IMG/VR virus record: IMGVR_UViG_3300024255_001771 | Location: 1 to 64,000 of that record | Direction: 5' to 3' (one strand) | DNA from: an uncultured virus (IMG/VR IMGVR_UViG_3300024255_001771) | Taxonomy: Duplodnaviria > Heunggongvirae > Uroviricota > Caudoviricetes | Length of the DNA: 64,000 bases | Shown here: in pieces, positions 32,101-39,319 of the stretch | Position numbering within the stretch: the stretch's first letter is position 1 | Layout of the letters: each line of letters opens with the position of its first letter | Notes under the pieces: model-generated | What the model saw: only the letters and a program-made list of their open reading frames with translations | What the model was told of the DNA's origin: nothing | The model's database searches: none | Position numbers and translations under genes: made by a program

Positions 32101-32985
32101 CCTAGTTTAGATTATCATGTTACTGATGACAGAACAAAAGTTAGAATAGAGCAAAAACTAAATCCAGATGATGTTATTGATGTATTAAGTTTCTCTGCTC
32201 CAATTGCTACAGAGCGATTTGCATATAGGCAGTTTAAGGACATGCTAAACAGAACACACTTTAAGCGTATCGATCAAGCAACTACAACACTTACACAAAA
32301 CTTAAATTATTATGATTTAAGGATTGAAGTAGCTGACGGTAGTACATTACCCGAACCAAACAAAGGCAAAAATATACCTGGCATAATTTGGATTAATAAA
32401 GAACGTATAGAATATCTTGTTAAAGAAGATAACACTTTACGTCAATTGCGCAGAGGAACACTGGGTACAAGTGTAAATGAATCAATTACAAGCGGTACTT
32501 CAGTATATGACCAAGGTCCAAACAAGTCAATACCATACAAAGATGAAACTATTACAAGAATACATACAACCGACGGGTCAACTAAAGTTATTGATTTAGA
32601 CTTTGATCCAGACAACAATGCACAAGTGTATAATGCAGCACATGACTTAGAAGTTAGTGCAGTAGAATTTTTTGAAGTATTTTATCAAGGACGTAGATTG
32701 AGAAAAACATCTCAATTATCTTTCAATCCGGCTACTGCATTAGATAGTAACGAAGGCGACATTATATTACCGCCAGAATTTAGCGTAGTTGGGAACATAC
32801 TAACATTAAATATAGCTGATCCTGACACAGGAATTTACGGAAATTATATTCCACCTGCTAACGTACAGGTACATATAATAAGAAAACAGGGCAAAGTTTG
32901 GAATGATCCGGACACATCACTAGCTAATAGTGATAATAATATTGCTAATTTCTTGCGTAGTGGCAGCATAAACTTTATTGAATAA
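17101..32985 (+). CDS. Giant (5294 aa) baseplate wedge/structural protein at the gp7 position
   Basis: Uninterrupted 15.9-kb ORF coupled to gp6; N-terminal LLPRYFRT; beta-rich repeats, FG-GAP-like blades, CBM-like repeats, PGxGY repeats. Confidence 0.75.
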   Translation: MAIDNQNDKPLPGEGGEKRRSSDLLPRYFRTTANVNFLQATLDQLIQPGVAEKLTSYYGRTTAKAFVPGDNYVPDVSKQRTDYQFEPAIVQKDELGTVNFYKDYNDITNQIGVFGGNTTNHSETYAQDYHPWNPHIDWDKFVNFREYYWLPTGPQTVEVLGQSQSVTSTYSVGLTTAGEDTAFLFTPDGLTANPNLVLYRGQTYRFEIDTPGHPMAFAVSRSFTPGNSVITATREGVRGEGLFDATLFGESYDLGEFIVQPREGGIEIGDDENISELYPNGISRFDEEGTEIANVYIESGVIEFTIPLNAPDFLFYISKNDLNTSGQVRIFDIEENTAINIDAEIIGKKEYTSSNGVKFTNGLKVEFLGKVTPNTYSEGTYYVEGVGSQITLVRDKDLIIPAAYASEKAVLFDSEGFDRLPFANQSSYAGTKDYIIINRAAPDKNPWARYNRWFHKDVIDYAALRNNQPSNIDQSARAKRPIIEFEPGLKLHNSGVFAKKDIDLIDNYTTDVFSIIEGSLGYSVDGVALAEGMRVLFAADTDILVNGKIYEVKFITTNNRRQITLIETADAIPQDLQTVLITQGVEFAGSLFYYDNLQWKASQAKAGVNINPTFDLFDANEVSYSDTTTYEASNFAGTKLFSYAQGEGTADSELGFPLEYQSIENSGDILFNFNLLTDTFVYQDAAGFYTVKTDTAFLKKYNNNKEYSYQNSWESTPTKMVQKIIRQYVSTIDQQNNFEVDVVDNAVNVTDLRVAVYVNKQLKSNFLDYELDRINGRVFVRFLTDLLENDVLELRVKTTADKNENGHYDFPINLERNPSNDDITQFTLGEVIDHVDSMVEDINAFSGIYPGPSNLRDIKNVNRYGKRFVKHTAPMNLAGYHITNKNFNIVKSLKQSKNDYAKFKRVFLQTAETLGYDGPIRTHVDLILKELNKDKTPNMPYYFSDMVPTGANNVIRNSVLDSRNPFYQLTSAFDASALSSKSVQVYLNGSLLTNGIDYSFSTEGFVLIIAEQNVGDEIEIVEWESTDGSFIPATPTKLGLYPKYEPAIFVDDTYQEETKVIQGHDGSIVIAFDDYRDNLLLELEKRIFNNIKFEYNQEIFNIHDYIPGYYRSTGIKYDDFNGSLLSSFVEWQQLVDADYTDNSFYDRGNQLTFNYSYMNAPNGEELPGFWRGVYRKAYDTDRPHTHPWEMLGITVKPTWWEDTYGKAPYTGDNLILWEDISEGLIKDPANTRRDVRYARPNLLKHIPVGSDGKIVSPLKANFAKNYVSRNTRNKFKFGDVSPVENAWRRSSEYPFAIISGLVLNKPNELFGRCFDLSRITPNLAGQHVYSTTGKFITLADIQFPNSYNGTERVITSGLINYLYSYISANVSSIYQEYKDELTTLTNQLGFKIGGFTDKSKFKLILDSRTPYNQGNVFVPEENYQIIFNTSSPLENQIYSGVTIEKQSGGFIVRGYAFDTPYFSYYPYIESTVDRTIIIGGISETFESWTPNRRFTEGAVIENAGRYYRVTTGFESTTVFTTDNLVSIPEVPVEGGKRAIIRKTFSKKIKKLNYGTQLRTSQDVVDFLLGYGKYLQDQGFVFDTFNANTDDVDDWTYSCKEFLFWTTQNWAAGTAISLSPAANVLQFKKDYAVVDNIFDNFYPYSILDADARQINKDFDHTIRQQNSFGMVLKNTEQGIYQAQLPLVQKEHVCLLDNTTQFGDTIFHPATGYRQERIKVIGYRSDEWAGGMDVPGFIYDDTNITVWDSYKDYVIGDVVKYKEFYYVALVNIPGSELFQTSSWQKLAEKPESQLMVNFDYKINQFADFYDLDSDNFDIEQQKLAQHLIGYQPRNYLANIINDDVSQYKFYQGMIQDKGTVNALSKLFDALNYAEKDSLEFFEEWAVQLGQYGATSKYKDVDFILDESKFRITPQPIELVDIKNPTRSDTAIEIQPYEVYSRDSEYQSKVFPKIDDVKEYIQSAGYVRTEDIKFRVRIKDDLLKIQTPQITVGDYVWVTDDNISFDYDWNVYQLVDTPYNITSITPEDEGADEITGSTTPFVRVNTTKFVGGDIKKGDVVGIYGAASSNLLNFLYVSEVSVDTMVLQLPDGVVVSAIENVNYLVARFRSVRVKDINELNTLIESYKDENQKVWIDKLDKSWSVIQNTENYVEQQVIFNPATSTDNFQKYGVALSVSDDNRNLMVSASDDNDGKVHYYRRSVETNNLVLTQTILPPDNIRVNDAVLTLSQSVNVVAGHKFKQGNCTATISQTTSGNTVYLENVRGQLNVEGANLISVNGTIETSLGNNGIFDSFVITQRDINFGSDIAISPDGNFLAVGTPDAAEIRTRFQGDFVPTQEYNKNDVISFREGLYKANRTIIPQQPSVEFNTFNSYTDIASQDDADSSLISLLLTGNPGLIDKPTDHFLIRAPKTAYLATEPGDSVSLTWNRFSRSNPTLDLTLPWDGDSGTLTYEDISDTHTIVQKVDLVIYVDTFTILPQIGNSVTTPTGSGEVYYIETQDDSVVMYLTNVNGVFDAFGDLYVNDADIMGTYNILADNVIDGLSGFWLVNVYSDAEKTVSKVYENGSTWIEIGTGLIYNDVKRQSDNRNIFEYFNLQNLISSIGSYTGQQQQAGQIINLTYLGDNGNLATPTTFATDKFVVRMSSEYQNKITDINGNILIDPDTGNNVKVRLQLYDLDNYVIDVASAGFTFEQLNKKHTITDIWDGFIDFEFTEFQNDLPYEPLVGSIVTDVQTPFDGFGGLSLSTRTTSRAEVVFYQRDFNKVRVYLKNISGDWSQLNNIGRYEIRREPDATLFPGQPGRVMGKIDSVLQDVAMGGNEIGGLMVFENTDGNLPLVSLPPVAEDPSWQYSKIVDEEYWFYDAVAQQGAQVPANYPDAFNRDYTQVYSIPVDEFGQVQNVNEGTISIFKFNGTSGFRYVDSFVSERASDNRGYGTKLKLVQSGLDYTLLVSSTSGTGQLEIIKHGVPVDKADNYFGEWGPLNTFEQGVIVEYQGEFYEAKRDVPQLEPVIDIGNTTYWNRISWRYGKDDDYRGLFQNDPVLDYAPGELVKYADPDDDSTLKLYKAKTKVDGTQPFSTNDWEIVTGGEDYLGYLPTETNNTLYESQMLFESKWPLTQFAKSFDLSKDGKLLVVLNEHSVEAKVESIDTDADTITIDSTAWLYIGMPVRVRIPNELDSSNAAAQSPLAENQTYYVHSILSDTTFRISSTLFDDETVRDATLAADTADSTWEYLALDEYAEGIYITNFTVDDTIATIGIYKLDGTKYMFKQMLEDTLTKDGIYHDIAVSDDGKFFAVSEPYNDSINIDQGRVLVYKENAAGVFELSQTLISPNNEQSELFGFNIDFSKNEIVITSKNGDITSPTTFDGTIVGNTEPTTTYDSGFTTFNNVLVNSGVVYVFENLNDSFVFAERFNYTGETQTFGEVLVINDNHTYVGMPRIEKDTYQGEIIDYRKPFNKSAWNIIRSPVDTVDIKLIEGMFLYNKRTNQKVLDLDYVDIIQGKLPGPAEQEIDYKVPYDPARYNVTPLEGMFDEGDPWGANYVGSVWYDISLSKFINAYQGDITFQKNNFNKLMPDYVVSVHEWVESDYSPAKWDELSETEIGYQAGITGQTVYSDAQYTQVVNYDSATQTFGSKFYFWVTRKTDVPKNSTNRKLSVLDIGNLIQNPAGNGYKHVALLAQDRFIVHNCDSLLNDKDIVLNVRWLANNDREQNVHTQYQIMSDGLETSKLNPEIEQKWFDSLVGYDAQMRQVPDPNLPVKLKYGNRFSPRQGMFVNKTEALKQVIERVNLVLAEKLIVDDFDLSPLTSSQSIPSKFTNLYDFEIDTVEELRFIGTSKIVQAQLTPVISNGAIRSVEITEPGRGYKDINFNPETDTIRKGPTVEIVGQGTGAEIQTFINNLGQVTSVEVINQGENYTNATRLLVRKLSVLVITDSTVYGKWSIYDWDNSSKEWFRKRVQEFDTSLFWSYADWYANGYNEFTDIDYSLQGTYELYGLENKIGDIVKISSVGTGGWLLLRKVANEDTEDFTINYETIGRQSGTIIFDNSLYDLLNNSLGYDVRSFDSYFYDNQPVQELRIILNTIRDNIFVDELEIEYNNLWFASLRYVFSEQLYVDWAFKTSFVKAKHNLGVLQQDITFNNDTLPSYEAYIKEAKPFKTSIREFVSNYEAIDESNSKISDFDVPAYYDTVSKKITVPIIKVVDDVVVSNNTKLNEFPRKDFTDNVGYEITSIEIANPGSKYTFTPKIIIEGGGGSGATAQAYLGRGAITKIEVTNPGSGYISAPTITIQGSQASGGIEASASVIIGNSLIRTALMKVKFDRTSGSMYIMDLDTAETFAGTGFKTSYNLEWPIANNSTKVKISVDGEEALRSEYTYYNKENNDKSYTRLQGVIDFTTPPSNLAVITVEYEKSVDMLHAQDRVNFFYNPTSGMLGKELNQLMDGIDYGGVQVRSFEFTGPSGWDSDSWYSTTWDSYINTFEDEVFIFDGSTISIKLGQPLEAATNYNVYVRLLGETEYTRIDGASPDSSDTTYDGPWIETLIGDGTTDIIELDELGITVKDGDSIIIRKETSDGSFEPDDLSFDTALSGGDLAYSTAKGIAAEEIIIDGDGFVTPTTSKGTEELVPGQLIDSLDIQVYERETGGQGMIYAQTFVLGANDTEFDLKIIPASVDSILVKLDNTLLSPSEYTIDWTNNKLVLDSANLAVNQVLSVVAVGTGQQNVLDTGRFVATGDTADYLTAVKHQESMSAYVTINGIKQDIILIEADDSFPNFGGNTVIRFESEPSTGALIDYVIFADDTIINVSQMARSSLIGDGSTVSFTLPSTPLYQTPLEYKMLVKVGNKVLNPGYNAEFTIPQDRQRQYQLELFQKPGGSISNVENNVKPFINGKAITFPNQWVFDSSNSIIELQPGVGKPGDILEVYIVGDGEYTITNNVITFVDTPGYDVSIELITFTNHDILNSERINYEVAARSLLTAGSKEYSTYHRLTTGEILLRKPVIDAQYVWISVNGELLIPSLDYHVTDDRTKVRIEQKLNPDDVIDVLSFSAPIATERFAYRQFKDMLNRTHFKRIDQATTTLTQNLNYYDLRIEVADGSTLPEPNKGKNIPGIIWINKERIEYLVKEDNTLRQLRRGTLGTSVNESITSGTSVYDQGPNKSIPYKDETITRIHTTDGSTKVIDLDFDPDNNAQVYNAAHDLEVSAVEFFEVFYQGRRLRKTSQLSFNPATALDSNEGDIILPPEFSVVGNILTLNIADPDTGIYGNYIPPANVQVHIIRKQGKVWNDPDTSLANSDNNIANFLRSGSINFIE

Positions 32986-32988
32986 ATA
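32983..32988 (+). promoter_or_regulatory. Putative late promoter TAAATA overlapping the giant ORF stop codon
   Basis: TAAATAC, then AGGA, then ATG 33008. Confidence 0.6.
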
Positions 32989-33007
32989 CATTGTAGGAAA
33001 CAAAAAA

Positions 33008-33613
33008 ATGACTGATAATATAAACGAACAAAACGGTGTACTATTACAGGGACACATTAAAATATCTGATCCAGAATCAGGCAAAGTTATTGTGGACAAG
33101 CGTAATGCTATTCATTACGAAAATATGAGTATAGCACTTGCTGAAAGTATTACTAATGCAGGTGAAGGTTTTGTGTATGAAATGAGTTTTGGTAACGGTG
33201 GTACTAGTGTAGATCCTACAGGCATTATTACTTATTTGACTCCAAATAGTACAGGCACAAATGCAAGTCTATATAACCAAACATACACAAAGGTAGTAGA
33301 CGATAGGTCAGTTAACAATACAGACCCTGCTAGAAATAAATTAGAAACAAGACATGTTAGCGGAACAAATTATACAGATGTAATTGTAAGTTGTTTACTT
33401 GATTATGGTGAGCCTAATGGACAAGATGCATTTGATACAGCTAATGACTTAACTAACAATTATATATTTGACGAACTAGGATTACGTAGTTATGACACTA
33501 GTGGCTCGGGTAGACTTTTGACACACGTTATTTTCCACCCAGTACAAAAATCTTTAAACAGATTAATTCAAATTGATTATACAGTTAGAATTCAGAGCTT
33601 GTCAGGTGTATAA
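33008..33613 (+). CDS. Putative baseplate/tail structural protein
   Basis: 201 aa from ATG 33008 (AGGA RBS); FGNGG and FDELGL...HPVQKSLNRLIQIDYTV; lies between the wedge and fibre genes. Confidence 0.65.
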   Translation: MTDNINEQNGVLLQGHIKISDPESGKVIVDKRNAIHYENMSIALAESITNAGEGFVYEMSFGNGGTSVDPTGIITYLTPNSTGTNASLYNQTYTKVVDDRSVNNTDPARNKLETRHVSGTNYTDVIVSCLLDYGEPNGQDAFDTANDLTNNYIFDELGLRSYDTSGSGRLLTHVIFHPVQKSLNRLIQIDYTVRIQSLSGV

Positions 33614-33623
33614 GGAGCATTAA

Positions 33624-35699
33624 ATGGCATATACGGTAAGATACACAGACGAAGCAAACAAAGGTGTTATATCGGTTGAAGACAACACGATTAACCAAGA
33701 TACTTCTTTACAACTGCCAGGAAGATTTACAACAAACTACGGCGCAGCAATTGCTGAAGACTTGTTAAGATTACTAGAAAATTTTGCAAATAACACAGCA
33801 CCTGATAGACCAGTAGAAGGACAGCTTTGGTATGATACAACAGAAGGTGTTGATCAGCTAAAAATTTATGACGGAACATTATGGATTTCAGCTTCTGGCT
33901 TAAAGAAAAGTACAGCTGAACCTGCTGCTAGTAATTCAAATGCAGGTGACCTTTGGGTTGATATTGATAACCAACAACTATACTTGTATACAGGTTCTAA
34001 CTGGATATTAGTTGGTCCAAGTTACTCTGATGGTCTTGTAACAGGAGCAACACCTGTAACACTAGTAGGTCAGGATAATATAGACTACACAGTCTTAAAA
34101 ATTGATATTAGAGATACAACAGTTGCTATTATAAGCGACTCTGCATTTAGTTTAAAAACACAGATATTTGGTTTTGATAGTGTATCAAAGGGTATTAACT
34201 TAGCAAACCCAAATCAAACAGATGACTATCAATTTATAGGACTGTCGTCAAAAGCAGCAGCTCTTAAAGTAACAAACAGTCCTTTGGTAGCAAACGGTAT
34301 TGAAACAGTTAGTGCAAACAACTTCTTAAGAGGTGATGCTCCAAGTACAACAGATAGCCAAATGAGAATTAAAAGTAACCAAGGTATACAAATTGGTGAA
34401 GGCGGACAGTTAAGTTTACAAGTTGAAGGCGAAGCTGGAATTATTCAGCACAATACTTCAGGATCAAACATTGATATTAGAGTGCGTTCTGGCGCAGAAA
34501 CAAATACTGTAGTGCGTATTGACAGCGACGGTTTTGTAGGCATTAATAATACTGCTCCGGACGAAGCATTAGATGTTAGAGGAAACATACAAATTGCAAG
34601 TACTCCTGGCGATATAGAAAATACAGGTAAGTTAAAAGTTGAAAGTACAACTAATTCTTCAAGTATTGGTACAGGTAGTATTATTACAAAAGGCGGATTG
34701 GGAGTTGCGTTAAATGCATATGTAGGCGCAAACCTTGATATTGGCGGAATTTTGTCTACAGGAAACATTATACCTGACGGTAACGGAACACGCATTGTAG
34801 GTAATAACCTAAATAGATATGATCAAATATATTCAAACAATTTCTTTGGTAATTTACAAGGTAATGTTTCAGGTACAGTATCAGGTAAAGCAGGATCAGC
34901 AGATAGACTTTCAAGTGCTACACAATTTGCAATGTCTGGAGATGTAAGTGCTACAAGTTTTGCATTTGATGGCAAAACTGGCGAAGGCACAAAAACGTTT
35001 GTAACTTCAATTAGTAATTCGTTTATTAGTAATAAAGAAAGTTTAGCAAACGGAAGCCCCGGCGATGAAATTCTTATTAACAAAACATCAGGTGATGCAC
35101 AAGGCTTATATAGAATTAGTAAGCAAAATTTCTTAAAAACTATTCCACTTATTCCAGCAGGTACAATTGTACCGTTTGGTGGATCAGCACTTCCGACAGG
35201 ATGGTTATTTTGTAATGGTCAAGAAATTAGAAAATCAGAATTTAGTGAATTATTCCTGTCAATAGGATTTAACTTTAAAGATCCTGATCAATTATCAGAT
35301 AGCGGTGTTAATCTTTTTGCATTGCCAGACTTTAGAGGTAGATTCCCACTAGGACTTGATAATATGGGAGACGTTCCGTCAGCAGGTAGAGTTACTGGTA
35401 CAGGTGCGCAAGCAATTGGTAACTCAGCAGGTAGTGAAACTATTACAGTAGGTATTGACAACTTACCAGAACACGAACATGATATGCGCGGCGCAGACAA
35501 TGCGCAGTATTATGCGGTACGTGATAATGCAGGTGTACCAGACGATGACCAGGCTATTCAATATGATGCTCCTACAGGTACACTAGCAGGACAAGCATTA
35601 CCGTCAAGTGGCGGCGTTAAAACAACAGGTACATTAGGTACACCAATTGATACAATGAATCCATATTTGGCAATCAATTACATTATATATACTGGATAA
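33624..35699 (+). CDS. Tail fibre/baseplate protein with phage tail-collar domain
   Basis: N-terminal LLENFA...GQLWYD module; collar motif PAGTIVPFGG-x3-PTGWLFCNG...FALPDFRGRFPLG; C-terminal MNPYLAINYII. Confidence 0.8.
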   Translation: MAYTVRYTDEANKGVISVEDNTINQDTSLQLPGRFTTNYGAAIAEDLLRLLENFANNTAPDRPVEGQLWYDTTEGVDQLKIYDGTLWISASGLKKSTAEPAASNSNAGDLWVDIDNQQLYLYTGSNWILVGPSYSDGLVTGATPVTLVGQDNIDYTVLKIDIRDTTVAIISDSAFSLKTQIFGFDSVSKGINLANPNQTDDYQFIGLSSKAAALKVTNSPLVANGIETVSANNFLRGDAPSTTDSQMRIKSNQGIQIGEGGQLSLQVEGEAGIIQHNTSGSNIDIRVRSGAETNTVVRIDSDGFVGINNTAPDEALDVRGNIQIASTPGDIENTGKLKVESTTNSSSIGTGSIITKGGLGVALNAYVGANLDIGGILSTGNIIPDGNGTRIVGNNLNRYDQIYSNNFFGNLQGNVSGTVSGKAGSADRLSSATQFAMSGDVSATSFAFDGKTGEGTKTFVTSISNSFISNKESLANGSPGDEILINKTSGDAQGLYRISKQNFLKTIPLIPAGTIVPFGGSALPTGWLFCNGQEIRKSEFSELFLSIGFNFKDPDQLSDSGVNLFALPDFRGRFPLGLDNMGDVPSAGRVTGTGAQAIGNSAGSETITVGIDNLPEHEHDMRGADNAQYYAVRDNAGVPDDDQAIQYDAPTGTLAGQALPSSGGVKTTGTLGTPIDTMNPYLAINYIIYTG

Positions 35700-35704
35700 T
35701 AAAG

Positions 35705-37771
35705 ATGAGTTATAAATTAAATAAAACCGACGGCACATTACTAGTAGACTTAATTGACGGACAGATTGATAATCAGTCCACAAATTTAATACTGGTCGGA
35801 AGAAACTACGAAGGTTTTGGTGAATTTATTAACGAAAACTTTATTAAGATGTTAGAAAATTTTGCTAATACAGCAGCACCTACAAATCCATTAGACGGAC
35901 AACTTTGGTGGGATACAGCTGAGCAAAGATTAAAAGTTTATGACGGTACAGTTTGGAAAGCATCAGGTGGTCCGTTTGTACAAGCTACAGCACCTACAAT
36001 GGTTGCTGGCGACTTATGGATTGATAACCTAAATAACCAATTATATTTCTATGACGGCACAGACTTAACACTAGCTGGTCCACAATATAGTTCACTACAA
36101 GGTGAAAGTGGATTTAGAATTGATACAATTATTGATGAACAGTCTCGTTCACGTCCTGTAGCAAAATTATTTGTTGCAAGTGAATTAGTTGGAGTGTTTA
36201 GTAATCTTGAATTTACTCCACAGTATTCACAACGTATTGCTCAGTTAGTAACAGTAGATAATCCAAATGGTATTATCAAAGAAGGCTTTAATGTTGTTGA
36301 CCAAACAAACTTTAAATTCCACGGAACAGCTACTTCGTCAAACGCTTTGCTTACAGCTGATGGTGATGTACGTACAGTTGAACAGTTCCTTCCTTCAGAT
36401 GTTGATGCTGTTGCTCAAGGTACAATTACAATTAACAATCAAGGTGGTTTAATCTTAGGTACTGCTCCGAACGTAGCGCACAAAATATTAGGCGGAAACT
36501 ACTTTATTGAAAACCAAGTTACAGATAGTGATTTAACATTAAGAACAAAAAGTAGTTCGTTAGACTTAACAGTTGATTCAATATATATTGACTCTAGAAA
36601 TAATAGAGTTGGTATATTTAATAGTAACCCAGAAGCAATGTTACATATTGGCGGAAGTGATGCAATATATGCAAATACTCCTAAGGATGTTATTATTGAA
36701 GGCAGTCTTACAGTAAGAGGTGATTCGACTATTGTTGATGTGAGTACACTGCGTGTAGAAGACAAAAATATTGAACTAGGTAGAGGCGAAGATAGTGCGC
36801 CGCTTCCAGATGCACAGATGGACGATGGCGGCCTAATATTACTTGCTGAAACATCAAATAAATCACTTACTTGGAAGTCAGCAACTGATGCATGGACAAG
36901 CACAGAACACTTTGATTTAGTTACTGGTAAGTCATATAAAATTAACGGTGCAGACAAACTTAGTGCAGACAGATTAGAAAATGATATTAGATTTGCTGAA
37001 GGGCTAATTAGAATTGGTACACTACAATACCTAAATGTTGATAATTTAAATTTAAATGGTAATACAATTACATCAAACGGACAAAGTCTAAGAGTTGATA
37101 GTTACGGTACTATGTTATTAAGCAATCCAGGATTTGTTGTTTCAGGACCTGGTACAAATGAACCTAACTACAATTTCTTTAGTAGTCCGGAATCATTTAA
37201 ATATCCAACTTCAATGGGTGTTGATATACCAAATCCTAATCCAGCAACAGATCCAGGTAGAATTAATCAAGCATCAAAGGCAAAGATTACAGGAGTAGCA
37301 ACTCCGATATCTAAAAACAGAGCAATTGCACAAAATGACGAATCGATAGAAGATACAGATGACACAGTTGCAACTAAAGGTTATGTAGACTATGAAATAG
37401 AAACACAGCCAATTGTGTTTAGTTTAGATATTACTGGATTAGATGATAGTGATATATGCAATCATTTAGAAGCAATGTTTCCATCAGCTAAAAAGATTGC
37501 TGGATCATTTGCATTTATTTCAACAACTACAGCGGCAGCATCTACTGCTGAAAACATTGATGTTGATGCAGTTAAAAACATATCATTTGTTGCTGTTGAC
37601 AGCAACGGAACACAAAACGAATCAGTAATGCAAGACGTTGCATTTTTCCCTGCTAGTGGTACAGTTAGTATTACAATTAGCCGAGGGTTAAAACGCTACA
37701 CTTGTGTTGAAGCTGGCGGGGTAAACACTTGGGATCCACTCACAGTTGTAAACCTTGATCCAGGAATATAA
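35705..37771 (+). CDS. Tail fibre-like protein (paralogous N-terminus)
   Basis: MLENFA...GQLWWD...GDLWID module; VEDKNIELG and ATKGYVD fibre motifs. Confidence 0.75.
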   Translation: MSYKLNKTDGTLLVDLIDGQIDNQSTNLILVGRNYEGFGEFINENFIKMLENFANTAAPTNPLDGQLWWDTAEQRLKVYDGTVWKASGGPFVQATAPTMVAGDLWIDNLNNQLYFYDGTDLTLAGPQYSSLQGESGFRIDTIIDEQSRSRPVAKLFVASELVGVFSNLEFTPQYSQRIAQLVTVDNPNGIIKEGFNVVDQTNFKFHGTATSSNALLTADGDVRTVEQFLPSDVDAVAQGTITINNQGGLILGTAPNVAHKILGGNYFIENQVTDSDLTLRTKSSSLDLTVDSIYIDSRNNRVGIFNSNPEAMLHIGGSDAIYANTPKDVIIEGSLTVRGDSTIVDVSTLRVEDKNIELGRGEDSAPLPDAQMDDGGLILLAETSNKSLTWKSATDAWTSTEHFDLVTGKSYKINGADKLSADRLENDIRFAEGLIRIGTLQYLNVDNLNLNGNTITSNGQSLRVDSYGTMLLSNPGFVVSGPGTNEPNYNFFSSPESFKYPTSMGVDIPNPNPATDPGRINQASKAKITGVATPISKNRAIAQNDESIEDTDDTVATKGYVDYEIETQPIVFSLDITGLDDSDICNHLEAMFPSAKKIAGSFAFISTTTAAASTAENIDVDAVKNISFVAVDSNGTQNESVMQDVAFFPASGTVSITISRGLKRYTCVEAGGVNTWDPLTVVNLDPGI

Positions 37772-37780
37772 AAATTACGA

Positions 37781-37786
37781 TAAATA
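37781..37786 (+). promoter_or_regulatory. Putative late promoter TAAATA
   Basis: Intergenic TAAATA upstream of AGGGG RBS and ATG 37811. Confidence 0.6.
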
Positions 37787-37810
37787 ATATTAAAGCATTA
37801 GGGGTAACAA

Positions 37811-39310
37811 ATGGCTTATCAAATAGATAGATATAATAACACTATCCTAACAATAGTTGAAGATGGTACAGTTGATACAACAACTGATCTAAAATTCATC
37901 GGCAAAAACTATGCAGGATATGGTGAAATTCAAAACGAAAACATGTTGTTTTTGTTAGAAAACTTTAGTGGAGCTAATCCTCCACCACGTGCAATTAGCG
38001 GGCAGCTTTGGTACGATAGTACTATTAACAAATTAAAGTTTTACGATGGAAATAAATGGCGTACAACAGGTGGCTCAGAAGTTGAAGCAGCACAACCAAC
38101 AGGACTAACACAAGGTGACTTTTGGTGGGACGTATCAAACAAACAACTATATGTGTTTGATGGCACAAACTTTGTATTAATTGGACCACAGAATGCAGGC
38201 GAAGGTGTTACCCAAATGCGTAGTCGTCAAATTCTTGATACTGTTGGTGGGCCACATACAATTATTGAAGGTATTATTTCCGACGAAGTAATTACAATAC
38301 ATAGTGCTACAGCATTTCAACTTTCAGATTCAAATCCAATTTCAGGATTTTCCAAAATCAAAAAAGGCATCACGCTTGTCAATACCCCTGACACTGGCAT
38401 AACAACAGGTGATCACAGATTTTGGGGAACATCTACAAACGCATTGAAATTAGGCGGTGTTGACGCAAGTCAATATGTTATTGCAGCACCAGGCTCGGCT
38501 ACAGTATTTACTGAAGAAGTTAATTTCCAAAAAGACAACGGAATTGCAGTAGGCGACAGTTTAGATCTAAAAATTCGTGTTGAAACAGCGGCAGGTTCGT
38601 TGCAAGGCTCAGGTATTATAGAACATACTGTTGGCGCAAATAGTAAAATTGCTTTCAAAGTAAATGATGGTACAAGTACAACACAGCATGTTCTTTCAAT
38701 AGTATCAGATGGAATGGTTCCAGCTGTAGATAATACAAAGAACCTTGGTAGTGAATCACTACGATGGGCAAATGTTTATGCAACAAGTTTTGTAGGAGTA
38801 GCAACAAAAGCTGATACACTTAGAGGCGAAGGTGGAAATTATATTTCTGCAAGTTCAGCACAAAGTCCGGCAGCGGCGCCAAACGGTACAATAGCTATAA
38901 GAACATCAGACAACAAACTTAGAGCAGTAACATTTGAAGGTAGAGCAACTGAAGCACAATATGCTGACCTTGCAGAAAAGTATACAACTGACGAAGAATA
39001 TCCAGTAGGTACAGCAATGGCAGTAGGCGGAGAAGCCGAAACAAAAGCAGCAAGTGCAAGTAATATGTGTATAGGTGTTATTTCAGAAAAACCAGCATAC
39101 TTAATGAACAGTGAAGCAGACGGTCAAGCAATTGGTCTTAAAGGGCGTGTTCCAGTAAGAGTATCTGGACCAGTTTCAAAAGGACAACCTGTGTATGCTT
39201 GGGAAGATGGTGTTTGTTCAACTATTGCAGCAACAGCGTTAGTTGGTATTGCATTAGAAAGCAATAGTGACGAAGGTGAAAAACTAGTAGAATGCGTACT
39301 TAAAGTATAA
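37811..39310 (+). CDS. Tail fibre-like protein with C-terminal chaperone/autocleavage-like domain
   Basis: Same N-terminal module; C-terminal YADLAEKY...GVIS-x2-PAYLMN...GRVPVRV. Confidence 0.7.
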   Translation: MAYQIDRYNNTILTIVEDGTVDTTTDLKFIGKNYAGYGEIQNENMLFLLENFSGANPPPRAISGQLWYDSTINKLKFYDGNKWRTTGGSEVEAAQPTGLTQGDFWWDVSNKQLYVFDGTNFVLIGPQNAGEGVTQMRSRQILDTVGGPHTIIEGIISDEVITIHSATAFQLSDSNPISGFSKIKKGITLVNTPDTGITTGDHRFWGTSTNALKLGGVDASQYVIAAPGSATVFTEEVNFQKDNGIAVGDSLDLKIRVETAAGSLQGSGIIEHTVGANSKIAFKVNDGTSTTQHVLSIVSDGMVPAVDNTKNLGSESLRWANVYATSFVGVATKADTLRGEGGNYISASSAQSPAAAPNGTIAIRTSDNKLRAVTFEGRATEAQYADLAEKYTTDEEYPVGTAMAVGGEAETKAASASNMCIGVISEKPAYLMNSEADGQAIGLKGRVPVRVSGPVSKGQPVYAWEDGVCSTIAATALVGIALESNSDEGEKLVECVLKV

Positions 39311-39319
39311 GGAAAAGTT

